The position numbers and the translations under genes were made by a program. From Acidobacteriota bacterium (GTDB lineage Bacteria; Acidobacteriota; G020349885), in NCBI GenBank assembly GCA_020349885.1, contig CP070701.1, positions 907,880 through 971,879 on the forward strand: DNA of 64,000 bases, read 5' to 3'. The notes below the pieces were generated by a model. The model searched no databases and had not been told where the DNA came from. It saw only the letters and a list, made by a program, of their open reading frames with translations. Below, one piece after another: positions 1 through 8,540 of this stretch. Numbering within the stretch: the first letter of the stretch is position 1; each line of letters starts with the position of its first letter.

Positions 1-1077
1 CCCGTCATCTTGGAAACCTGCGGAGTTCCGAACTCGACGCTGGATGCCGGCGCGGGCTACGCGAGCTACTCGTGGACCTCGGTGCCTCCGGGCGAGCCCG
101 GCGATGGAGCGACGACGCAGACTGTCCAGGTGCCGTGCAATTCGACGGGCAGCTACACCGTGACGGTGGAGGACGGCAACAACTGCTTCGGGACGTCGCC
201 TGCAGAGGATGTCACGAACTGCACGTGTCCCTGCATCACGAGCGCGACGGCAACGGCGCTCGGGCCGACAACGTTCTGCGAGGGCGGCTCTGTGGACCTG
301 GTGGCCACGCCGGACGACGGCCTCGGACCGTTCACGTACCTGTGGAGTCCGGGCGGCGAGACGACGCAGACGGTCACGGTGGGTGTGGCCGATACCTACT
401 TCTGCGACGTGACGGACACCGATCCGGGCTGCGGCAACACGGTGACGAGCAACTCGATCGTGGTGACGGTGAATCCGCTGCCGACGCCTGTTATCACGGA
501 GACCTGCGCGGCTCCGCTGGATTCGACGCTGGATGCCGGCGCGGGCTACGTGAGCTATTCGTGGAGCACGACGCCTCCTGGCGGGCCCGGCGACGGGGCG
601 ACGACGCAGACTATCCAGGTGCCGTGCGATACGACGGAGACCTACACGGTGACGGTTGAGGACGGCAACAACTGCTTCGGAACGTCGCCCTCTGAGGCGG
701 TGTGTGGGTGCGGCGCGGCGCCGCCGGATGAGCCGTCGGATGCACCACCATATCTGAAGATAGCGAATGCAGCGGGAACGCAGGTGGACGTGGAAGATGA
801 GAGCGGCAGCGGAGCAACCGCCTACGTGGTGTATGAGAACCCGATAGGGACGTTCTACGGGACGCCCGGACAGAGCGGGTGCCTGGTACCGATCGGGGCT
901 GGGGCAGAACCCGGGACGGTGCGACTGAATTACGATATGGGAGCGCCGGATGTGTGGATCGTGGTGACGGCGGCGAACGCGGCGGGCGAGTCGAGCGCCG
1001 GACGTTCATGGGATTCGGCCGCAGGCTACGTGGAGCGGAGAGACGCCGGTTGGCCGCCTGAAGTGAACTGCCCGTAG
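1..1077 (+). CDS. Cell-surface protein, C-terminal fragment (5' end outside window) with tandem Cys-rich SprB-type repeats
   Basis: Frame continuous with ORF 10..1077. A unit of about 161 aa (ETCGVPNSTLDAGAGY...VTVEDGNNCFGTSP) occurs twice and is visible as a ~483-bp direct repeat at the DNA level. The motif CEGGSVDLVATPDDGLGPFTYLWSPGG...YFCDVTD matches the pattern of SprB-type adhesin repeats. The terminator sits directly downstream. Confidence 0.6.
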   Translation, partial: PVILETCGVPNSTLDAGAGYASYSWTSVPPGEPGDGATTQTVQVPCNSTGSYTVTVEDGNNCFGTSPAEDVTNCTCPCITSATATALGPTTFCEGGSVDLVATPDDGLGPFTYLWSPGGETTQTVTVGVADTYFCDVTDTDPGCGNTVTSNSIVVTVNPLPTPVITETCAAPLDSTLDAGAGYVSYSWSTTPPGGPGDGATTQTIQVPCDTTETYTVTVEDGNNCFGTSPSEAVCGCGAAPPDEPSDAPPYLKIANAAGTQVDVEDESGSGATAYVVYENPIGTFYGTPGQSGCLVPIGAGAEPGTVRLNYDMGAPDVWIVVTAANAAGESSAGRSWDSAAGYVERRDAGWPPEVNCP

Positions 1078-1107
1078 GGCTTAACCTTCTTTGCAACCCG
1101 CCGCTTA

Positions 1108-1143
1108 GGGGCCTCCCCAGGGGAGGGGAGGTCCCCTTTTTTT
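1108..1143 (+). terminator. Rho-independent terminator after the surface-protein gene
   Basis: GC stem ggggcctcccc / ggggaggtcccc followed by a T7 run, 30 nt after the stop codon. Confidence 0.6.
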
Positions 1144-1203
1144 GGGCTTACTCCCCCTTTCTTCCCTTTCCCTCGAGGGAGCGGTGCGGCCTTGCGGCCC
1201 GGT

Positions 1204-1593
1204 TTACTCCATCTCCGTCAGGTCTACCACGCTCGGGGCCATCTTGCGCAGCGTCCGCATCCCCACGCGCTGCCAGGCGATGGCCTTGCTGTAGACGATG
1301 TGCAGCATGTAGTGCAGGTCGGGCGGGGCGCCCTGAATCAGCTTGACCCACTTCATGAACATGAGGATGCCCGAGGAATTGAGGTAGGAGAGCTTGGTGA
1401 GGTTGAGGCACACCTCGGAGGCACCATGCTCGAGCGCTTCCCGGTGAACCTTTTCCACGTAGGGGAAGAAAATTTTCGAGGGGTTCTCCATCGAGATCTC
1501 GCCGACGAACTCGAGTTCGATCCCCTTGTCCGTGCTCTTGGGGAGAATCTTGACGCCCGGGTGAAGGAGCGGCGAGACGTCGTACCAGGTCAT
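1204..1593 (-). CDS. DUF1987 / SiaC-like partner-switching protein (orphan second copy)
   Basis: 129 aa. Clear paralog of ORF 44797..45171 (LNSSGILMFMKWVKLI vs VNSSGIVCILRWVKRV; AWQRVGMRTLRKMAPSVVDL vs LWQRISLKSLQMMAPDVVQV). The start overlaps the trxB stop by ATGA. Confidence 0.6.
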   Translation of the reverse strand: MTWYDVSPLLHPGVKILPKSTDKGIELEFVGEISMENPSKIFFPYVEKVHREALEHGASEVCLNLTKLSYLNSSGILMFMKWVKLIQGAPPDLHYMLHIVYSKAIAWQRVGMRTLRKMAPSVVDLTEME

Positions 1594-2540
1594 GCGCCCT
1601 GCTGCGCCTCTTTCGCTTCGAGGTATCGCTCGGCCTCTATGGCGGCCATGCAGCCCGTGCCGGCCGCGGTGACGGCCTGCCGGAACACGTGGTCCTGGAC
1701 GTCCCCGCAGGCGTAGACGCCCTCGACGTTCGTCGCGGTCGAGTCGGGCCTCGTGACGAGGTAGCCTTTGGCGTCCATCTCGAGCTGCCCCTTGAAGATG
1801 TCGGTGTTCGGCGCGTGGCCGACGGCGACGAACACCCCCCCGCAGGAGACTTCCGTCGTCTCCTTCGTTTTCTTGTTACTCAGGCGGACGCCGGTCACCC
1901 GCTTTCCGTCCCCCAGGATTTCCCGCACTTCGGAATCCCAGACGAAGTCGATCTTGTCGTTCTTGAAGGCGCGGTCCTGCATAATTTTACTCGCCCTCAG
2001 CCGGTCTCGCCGGTGCACGACCGTGACCTTGGACGCGAACCGGGTGAGAAAAAGCGCCTCCTCCAGCGCCGAGTCGCCCCCGCCCACGACGATTAATTCC
2101 CGGCCCTTGAAGAAGGCCCCGTCGCACGTTGCGCAGCTCGAGACGCCCCGGCCCCGGTACTTCGCCTCCGACTCGAGCCCGAGCCACCTGGTGGAGGCGC
2201 CGGAGGCGACGATGAGCGTCTTCGCGCGGAGCGCCCGGCCGCCGTCCGTGGCGACCTCGAAGGGCTGCGCGCCGAGCTCCACGGCCTCGACGCGGTCCGT
2301 CAGGAATTCCGTGCCGAAGCGCTCGGCCTGCCTCGTCATGAGGTTCATGAGCTCGGGGCCGAGAATTCCCTCCGGAAAGCCGGGAAAATTCTCCACGTCG
2401 GTAGTTATCATGAGCTGGCCGCCGGGCTCGTTCCCGTGGACCACGACCGGCTCCAGGCTGGCGCGTGAGGTGTACACGGCGGCGGTCAGTCCGGCCGGGC
2501 CGGAGCCGATGATGACGACGTTCCTCGCGTTTTCCGCCAT
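1590..2540 (-). CDS. trxB: Thioredoxin-disulfide reductase
   Basis: IIGSGPAGLTAAVY FAD-binding motif, CATCDG redox-active disulfide, GGGDSA NADPH site. 316 aa. Confidence 0.9.
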   Translation of the reverse strand: MAENARNVVIIGSGPAGLTAAVYTSRASLEPVVVHGNEPGGQLMITTDVENFPGFPEGILGPELMNLMTRQAERFGTEFLTDRVEAVELGAQPFEVATDGGRALRAKTLIVASGASTRWLGLESEAKYRGRGVSSCATCDGAFFKGRELIVVGGGDSALEEALFLTRFASKVTVVHRRDRLRASKIMQDRAFKNDKIDFVWDSEVREILGDGKRVTGVRLSNKKTKETTEVSCGGVFVAVGHAPNTDIFKGQLEMDAKGYLVTRPDSTATNVEGVYACGDVQDHVFRQAVTAAGTGCMAAIEAERYLEAKEAQQGA

Positions 2541-2589
2541 GGGCTCAGTGCTTTCCCGTTAGGTATGATCAGGTATGAGTCGAGAAACT

Positions 2590-2597
2590 ATTATACA
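2590..2597 (-). promoter_or_regulatory. Candidate extended -10 element (TGTATAAT on minus strand) upstream of trxB
   Basis: Reverse complement reads tgTATAAT about 50 nt upstream of the trxB ATG. It lies in the only AT-rich intergenic stretch here. No clear -35. Confidence 0.3.
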
Positions 2598-2830
2598 TTA
2601 AAAACGAAAGCCGGGCTTTACCGCCCGCCAGCAATCGGCCCCTTCGCGCCGGGGATTAAAAAAGAAGGAAGCGCGGCGGGAGGGCTAGCACTTACCATGC
2701 TTAGGCACCGCGCTTCCAGGATTTCCTTTATAGCACGAATTCCGGCATTGTCAAGGGGAAAGGGAAAAGAATATGGGGTATAGTGCCATCCGCCATCTAC
2801 CAACTGCTAGCTCCTTGCTGCCTCAAATTC

Positions 2831-2839
2831 TGCTACAAT
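2831..2839 (+). promoter_or_regulatory. Candidate extended -10 element (TGcTACAAT) upstream of the sulfatase-like gene
   Basis: TGnTACAAT about 45 nt upstream of the GTG start at 2883. Followed by a leader with GATAG-type direct repeats and an AAGGA RBS. Confidence 0.3.
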
Positions 2840-2882
2840 GAAAAGGGCGTAGAACATAGAACGATAGGACGATAGAAGGATA

Positions 2883-4871
2883 GTGAGCTTGAAATCCCGC
2901 CGATTTATCGTTTTCCTCGCGGTGGCCGTGGTAGTTCTGGCGGTGGCGGTGGCGGTGGCGGTCGCGGTGTGGCGGCCGTGGCGCTCGCCCGCCGGCTCAC
3001 CGGCCGACGCCTCGGCTGAAAGCCGGTCCCCGGAGAGGCGGAACCTTATCCTCGTCACGCTCGACACCACGCGCGCCGACCGCTTGGGGTGCTACGGCTA
3101 CGAGAGGGGGGAGACGCCCGCCCTGGACCGCCTCGCGGAGCAGGGGGTCACCTTCGACGCGGCCTACGCCCCCACGCCCATCACGCTTCCCTCCCACGCC
3201 ACGCTGCTCACGGGCCTTTACCCCGTCTTTCACGGCGTCCACAACAACGGCAGCTACGAGCTTCTCAAGGGGTACCGCACGCTCGCGGAGATCTTTCGCG
3301 AGAACGGGTGGCGGACCGGCGCGTTCATCTCGGCCTTCGTGCTCCATTCGCGCTACGGCATGGCGCAGGGCTTCGAGGCGTTCGGCGACAACCTCCTGAA
3401 CGGCTACCCGAAGATCAACTCCCTGGAGATCCGGAGCCGCTCGGCGCAGAAGACCCTGGACGAGGCTTTCCTTTGGCTCAAGGACGTGCGCAAGGAGAGG
3501 TTCTTTCTCTGGATTCACTTTTTCGACCCCCACCGCCCCTACCGCGCCCCGGCCCAGTTCGAGAAAAAATTTTCGAGGGATCCCTACGACGGGCAGATTG
3601 CCTACATGGATAGCGTCATCGGGGAGATGCTCGCGCGCCTTGAGCGCTGGCGGATTCTCCGGGACACGCTCGTGGTCGCCGTCGGCGACCACGGCGAGAG
3701 CCTCGGCGAGCACAAAGAGGGAAGCCACGCCTTCTTCATCTATAACGCCACGATGCTGGTACCGCTCATCTTCTCGCAGCCGGGCGTCCTGCCTTCGGGA
3801 AAGCGCTTCGCGCAGTCGATGAGCCTGACGGACGTCGCGCCCACGCTCCTCGAGTACTTCGACATTACCCCTTCGGGCAAGATGCAGGGGGAGTCGGTTC
3901 TCGCGGCGATGGAGGGGCGCGAGCCCCTGCGTGACCGGGCCGCCCTGCTCGAATCGGTCTTTCCCTACGAGAGCTACCACTGGGCGCCCCTGGCGGGGCT
4001 TGCGCTCGGGACCGAGAAGTACATCGAGGCGCCCGTGCCGGAGTACTACGACCTGGCGCGCGACCCCGGGGAGACGCGCAACCGGTGGAGCGAGGAGCCG
4101 GAGAAGCAGGCGCGGCTGGTCAGGCGCTACAGGGAGGAGAGAGAGAAATACCTTCCCGAGGGCGGCGAGCCCGAGTTCTCGCGCCGCGAGATGAGCAGCG
4201 AGGAAATGGAGGTTCTCAAAAGTCTCGGCTACGTCTTCGGCGAGGGCGGCGGCGAGGGCGGCGAGCTCCGGGACCCGAAGGACGCCATCGAGATCCTGGA
4301 GCGCCTCAAAATTCTCGAGAACATGATCGCGAACAAGGATCACCCCCTCGCGCAGAAGGATCTCGAAGAGATCGTGCAGCTCGACCCCGGCAACTACCAG
4401 GCACTCTACCTTCTGGGGCAGGTGTACGAGAAGCAGAAGCGCTGGGACGAGGCGGTCGCGCTCTTTCGGAAAGCCTACAGCATCAAACCGACCAAGGGCC
4501 TCGCGCGGGTCGGAATCGGACGCTACTACCTGAACCGGGGCGACCTGAAGAGGGCCAAGGAGGAATTCCTCGCGGCCGCGCAGGATATGCACTGCCCGGA
4601 CGCCCACCTGGACCTGGCGTTCGTGTATTTGAGGGAAGGGGACATGGACGGCGCCATCGCGACCCTCAAGAGGGCCAAGGAGCTTTTTCCCTACAACGAG
4701 AAGATGTACAACAACCTGGGGCTGATCTACGTGAAGAAGGGCCTCCGGGACCTCGCGCGCGAGCAGTTCAAGCTGGCGATGTCGATCCGGGAGAACTACG
4801 AGCGCGCACGTACGAACCTGAAGCTACTCGACGGCGGCGTGAGCGAGGTGGCCGATCCGACGATGGAGTAA
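2883..4871 (+). CDS. Sulfatase-like (alkaline-phosphatase superfamily) hydrolase/transferase fused to C-terminal TPR repeats
   Basis: N-terminal signal/TM segment. LILVTLDTTRADRLGCYGYERGETPALDRL and GDHGESLGEH are sulfatase-family metal-site motifs. The C-terminal ~200 aa are TPR repeats. GTG start. 662 aa. Confidence 0.8.
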   Translation: MSLKSRRFIVFLAVAVVVLAVAVAVAVAVWRPWRSPAGSPADASAESRSPERRNLILVTLDTTRADRLGCYGYERGETPALDRLAEQGVTFDAAYAPTPITLPSHATLLTGLYPVFHGVHNNGSYELLKGYRTLAEIFRENGWRTGAFISAFVLHSRYGMAQGFEAFGDNLLNGYPKINSLEIRSRSAQKTLDEAFLWLKDVRKERFFLWIHFFDPHRPYRAPAQFEKKFSRDPYDGQIAYMDSVIGEMLARLERWRILRDTLVVAVGDHGESLGEHKEGSHAFFIYNATMLVPLIFSQPGVLPSGKRFAQSMSLTDVAPTLLEYFDITPSGKMQGESVLAAMEGREPLRDRAALLESVFPYESYHWAPLAGLALGTEKYIEAPVPEYYDLARDPGETRNRWSEEPEKQARLVRRYREEREKYLPEGGEPEFSRREMSSEEMEVLKSLGYVFGEGGGEGGELRDPKDAIEILERLKILENMIANKDHPLAQKDLEEIVQLDPGNYQALYLLGQVYEKQKRWDEAVALFRKAYSIKPTKGLARVGIGRYYLNRGDLKRAKEEFLAAAQDMHCPDAHLDLAFVYLREGDMDGAIATLKRAKELFPYNEKMYNNLGLIYVKKGLRDLAREQFKLAMSIRENYERARTNLKLLDGGVSEVADPTME

Positions 4872-4904
4872 TCTCGGAAAGAAGCCGCGCCGGGCACGGC
4901 CCGC

Positions 4905-5729
4905 TCAGAACAAATACTTAATCAGCTCGAGACTCTTGCTCCAGTACCACGCCTCGATCCGTCCGCCCGCGAAAAACTGAACGAGCGCGCCGAGGGAAAG
5001 GAACGTTCCGTACGGGAGCGCCGTCCGCCACGTGGCGCGACGGCGGACGGCGAGCCATGCGGCGTAGAGGAGTCCCGCGGCCGAGGCGAAAAAGAGCGTC
5101 CAGAGCGCTCCCTTCGGGCCGAGGAATGCCCCCACCAGGAGCATCATCTTCACGTCCCCGAGGCCCAGCCCCTCGCGCCGGCGCAGAAGATAGTAGGCGC
5201 CGTACATGACGAGCGTGAGCCCCGCGCCGAGGGCGGCGCCCAGAAGCGCTTGGAGAAAGGAGTGGTTCTCCGCCCACGCGGCGCCGGCGAGGCCGAACGC
5301 GGCGCCCGAAAGCGTTACGCTGTCTGGCAGGAGGAAGTGCCGCCAGTCGATGAAGGCCAGCGCGAGCAGGAGGCCCACGAAAGCCGCGCCGTAGAAAAAC
5401 GACCACCCCAGGCCGTGCCGCAGGTAGAGCGCCGCGACGGCCGCCCCCATGGCGGCCTCCACGAAGGGGTACAGGGGCGAGATGCGCATGCGGCAGCGGC
5501 GGCATCGTCCGCGCAGCCAGAGATACGACAGCACGGGCACGTTGTCGTAGGGGGCGATGCGCGCCAGGCAGTACGGACAGCGGGAGGGAGGGCGAACCAG
5601 GGAGAGGCCATGGGGAATGCGGTGGATGCAGACGTTGACGAAACTTCCCCAGACCGCCCCGAACGCGAACGCTACGGCAGCGGCGAGCACGGCGGTGGAG
5701 GGGTCATGAAGCGATACTGGGATGAGCAA
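4905..5729 (-). CDS. Type IV prepilin peptidase (A24 family)
   Basis: CPYCLARIAPYDNVPVLSYLWLRGRCRRC zinc-finger-like N-terminus and a DVKMMLLVGAFLG aspartyl active-site motif. Polytopic membrane protein. Confidence 0.85.
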   Translation of the reverse strand: MLIPVSLHDPSTAVLAAAVAFAFGAVWGSFVNVCIHRIPHGLSLVRPPSRCPYCLARIAPYDNVPVLSYLWLRGRCRRCRMRISPLYPFVEAAMGAAVAALYLRHGLGWSFFYGAAFVGLLLALAFIDWRHFLLPDSVTLSGAAFGLAGAAWAENHSFLQALLGAALGAGLTLVMYGAYYLLRRREGLGLGDVKMMLLVGAFLGPKGALWTLFFASAAGLLYAAWLAVRRRATWRTALPYGTFLSLGALVQFFAGGRIEAWYWSKSLELIKYLF

Positions 5730-6535
5730 GATACGTCTCCCGTCCGCGGATCGTAGAGGTAGGGCTCGCCGTAAGGGTCGAGCAGCAGCGAGGGGAGAAA
5801 GCCCGCCCGTACGAGTGCCGCCAGGCTGTGCGGCCGTCTGCCCCGTAGCGCCCGGTATTCCTCCCGCGCCTTCTCCAGGCGAAGCTTATCTATCTTGACG
5901 CGGATCTCGAAAATGTGGCGTCCGGCGATGTTCCGGATCCAGCGGTCGTCGCTTTCGAGGCAAACCTGCTCCCACACCCGGACCGCCTCCTCGTAGCGGC
6001 CGGCCTTGGCGAGCATGGACGCGTGGAGGCGCTTCACGGCGGGACTCGAGCCCTGAACGGCCATGGCACGCCCGAAATAGTACGCGGCCTCCTCGTAGCG
6101 CGCCTCCTCGTAGCGCAGGAACGCTGCCTCAAACAGAAACATCCATTCCTTCGGGTTGTGCGCGATGCCCTTTTCCAGAAGCCGGACCGCCATGTCGCGG
6201 TCCTCGGCGTCGAGGCTCATTACGAGCGACCCCATGTAGTAAGCGTCGGTGAACGTCGAGTCAAGGTCGGTGATGACGTCGTAGATGTGCCATAGGTAGT
6301 CGAACCGCTTCATCCACCGCCCCGTGTAGTCGCCGTAGTACTGAATCGACCAGAGGTAGAGAACGTCGGCGAGAAGCATCGTGTGTCCGAGAGAGGTGAT
6401 TTCCAAATACTCGCTCGAGGGAAGGTAGAGGAAGTGCACCTCCGCGCGGGGGCCGACGCCCTCGCGCTCAATGTGGTGCGTGAGGCCGAGCGCCAGCGCC
6501 AGGAAACACACGATGCCCGCCGCGCGCCAGATCAT
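5672..6535 (-). CDS. Membrane-anchored TPR repeat protein
   Basis: TM segment (AAGIVCFLALALG) followed by TPR-like repeats (YYFGRAMAV..., EEARYEEAAYYF). The start was placed at internal ATG 6535 because upstream residues are atypical. The 3' end overlaps the prepilin peptidase start by 58 nt. Confidence 0.5.
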   Translation of the reverse strand: MIWRAAGIVCFLALALGLTHHIEREGVGPRAEVHFLYLPSSEYLEITSLGHTMLLADVLYLWSIQYYGDYTGRWMKRFDYLWHIYDVITDLDSTFTDAYYMGSLVMSLDAEDRDMAVRLLEKGIAHNPKEWMFLFEAAFLRYEEARYEEAAYYFGRAMAVQGSSPAVKRLHASMLAKAGRYEEAVRVWEQVCLESDDRWIRNIAGRHIFEIRVKIDKLRLEKAREEYRALRGRRPHSLAALVRAGFLPSLLLDPYGEPYLYDPRTGDVSCSSQYRFMTPPPPCSPLP

Positions 6536-6647
6536 GAGACAATCTTTATCGGGCTTTCCGGTGCCATGTGCGATGAGTTCCGAATTCGTTCGGAAAGTGC
6601 AGAAGGTGCGGGGCATCCAACGCGGCGCTTTGCACCTTCCGCACGGT

Positions 6648-7415
6648 TCATGTCATGTCCTTCCGCTCGAAGATGACGCTCGCCGCAAGGAGCAGAAAGA
6701 GCGCGTACAGGACGCCGTAGAGGGCCGGAAGCACCACCCCGTACCGAATATCCACCGGGACGCCGTGCACGAGCTCCGCACGGACGTTGAAGCGCTCCAG
6801 GTTCGGAAGCACGAGATAAACCGCGTACCAGAACGATTGCAAGCCCTCGTCCACGGCACGGTTGGCGAGCATCCGGAACGTCCACGAGAGGTGCCCGATG
6901 ATGTAGAAGGCGAGCGTGTAGAACGCGGCGAGGATGGGCGTGGTGAAGGTGGAGAACACGACTGAAAACGCGAGTATCACGAGTGCCTCGAAGAACGCTA
7001 GGAAGGCGCTTTCCATGAGAATCCACTTCCACTCGCCCGAGAAGGCGTAGAGCACCGCGAGAAGCTCCAATCCCAGGAAAACCACGACGACCAGGATGGT
7101 CACGGCGAGGCCGAGCGCTTTTCCGAAAAGGAAATAGGCACGGGCGATGGGCTTGGCGAGGACGACATGGATCGTGCGGCGCTCCATCTCGCGTGAAACC
7201 AGCCCGATGCCCAGAAAAAGCCCGATCATGGCGGCCGAGAGCGAGATTCCGGAAAGACCGACGTCGGCCATGATTTTCAGCTTGTCGCCGACCGTGAGTT
7301 CCCCCAGGACGCGCGCCGAGGCGATGAGTCCCGCCGCAAACAGAAACAAAAGATAGAGGATCCGGTGGCGGACCGCCTCGCGAAACGTGTTCAGGGCGAT
7401 AGCGTAGATCTTCAT
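6648..7415 (-). CDS. ABC-2 type transporter permease
   Basis: 255 aa, 6 predicted TM segments. Lies directly downstream of the ABC ATPase and overlaps it by 4 nt. Confidence 0.75.
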   Translation of the reverse strand: MKIYAIALNTFREAVRHRILYLLFLFAAGLIASARVLGELTVGDKLKIMADVGLSGISLSAAMIGLFLGIGLVSREMERRTIHVVLAKPIARAYFLFGKALGLAVTILVVVVFLGLELLAVLYAFSGEWKWILMESAFLAFFEALVILAFSVVFSTFTTPILAAFYTLAFYIIGHLSWTFRMLANRAVDEGLQSFWYAVYLVLPNLERFNVRAELVHGVPVDIRYGVVLPALYGVLYALFLLLAASVIFERKDMT

Positions 7416-8404
7416 GTCGCCGGCCCGTCTCCATCCTCCGCGGAGGCCTCGCTTCGGAGGGCTGGCGCCCCGGCGTCCTCCCGGGCCGGACGCTCAAACA
7501 GCTTAACGAGGAGTGCTTCGAGCGAAGGCTTCTGGGGAACGACGCTTTCCACGGTTCCGCCGTTTAGGGCCACGAGCGCGAGCAGTTTGTCTTTCTCCTT
7601 CGCGTCGCGGGCGTGCACCATGTGCGCCCCGTCCTTCTCGAGCGCCACGGTGAAATCCTTGAGCGCTTCGCGCTTGATGCCGCGGCAGACGATCTCGTAC
7701 CGTTGCTCCGGAACCTGCTGCGCCAGGTCTCGCATGGCGACGCACTCCACGCGGCCGTCGCGCAAGATCCCCACGCGGTCGCAGAGCATCTCGGCGTCGG
7801 CCAAGATGTGGCTGCTGAAGAAGACGGTCTTGCCGCGGTCCCGGAGCTCCACGAGGAGGTCGCGCACGTCCTTTCGCCCGAAAGGGTCGAGGCCCGCGAG
7901 CGGCTCGTCCAGGAGGAGCAGGTCGGGGTCGGCGATGAGCGCCTGCGCGAGGCCGACGCGCTGGAGCATGCCGCGCGAATACTTGCGCAGCGCGAGGGAC
8001 GCGGCGTCCGCGAGGCCGATGCGCTCCAGCAGCTCGCCGCTCCGCGCGCGGCGCTCCGGGGCGGAAAGGCCCGCGAGCGCGCCGTAGAATTTCAAAAATT
8101 CCAGCCCCGTTAGGTAATCGTAGAAGTACGGGTTCTCCGGAAGGAATCCGATCCGGCGCCGCGCGGACGGTCTCGTGTGCGGCACGCCGAACAGCTCGAT
8201 GCGCCCCCGGTCGAGGCGAAGGAGGTTCAGGGCGGTCTTTATCGTCGTGGTTTTTCCGGAGCCGTTCGGCCCCAGGAATCCGAAAATTTCCCCTTCATGA
8301 ACGTCGAAGGACACCCCCTTGAGCACCGGGCGCTTGCGGGGCAGGAACCCTCGCCCGAGCGCCTTGTGCACGTCTTCGAGCCGAAGCGCGATTTCCATAC
8401 CCAA
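7412..8404 (-). CDS. ABC transporter ATP-binding protein
   Basis: Walker A GPNGSGKTT, ABC signature YSRGMLQRV, Walker B LLLLDEP. Confidence 0.9.
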   Translation of the reverse strand: MGMEIALRLEDVHKALGRGFLPRKRPVLKGVSFDVHEGEIFGFLGPNGSGKTTTIKTALNLLRLDRGRIELFGVPHTRPSARRRIGFLPENPYFYDYLTGLEFLKFYGALAGLSAPERRARSGELLERIGLADAASLALRKYSRGMLQRVGLAQALIADPDLLLLDEPLAGLDPFGRKDVRDLLVELRDRGKTVFFSSHILADAEMLCDRVGILRDGRVECVAMRDLAQQVPEQRYEIVCRGIKREALKDFTVALEKDGAHMVHARDAKEKDKLLALVALNGGTVESVVPQKPSLEALLVKLFERPAREDAGAPALRSEASAEDGDGPAT

Positions 8405-8540
8405 CTATGTTAGGCGCGTCCTCGAGAGGGTGTCAAGGCGTGGGAGGAGCCTCTGCGCTCCCCGCGGAAGACGCTGTATAATAACCACGTATGTCTTTAG
8501 TGCCTGAAGCCACCTGCTGTGGCGTCCTTTTGGGAGGCCC

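Noticed and set aside
2997-4607. 536-aa antisense ORF opposite the sulfatase-like gene, and the nested ORFs 3089-3613, 3931-4921
   Set aside because: R/A/G-rich low-complexity translations typical of the opposite or shifted frames of high-GC genes. The sense-strand protein has clear sulfatase motifs.
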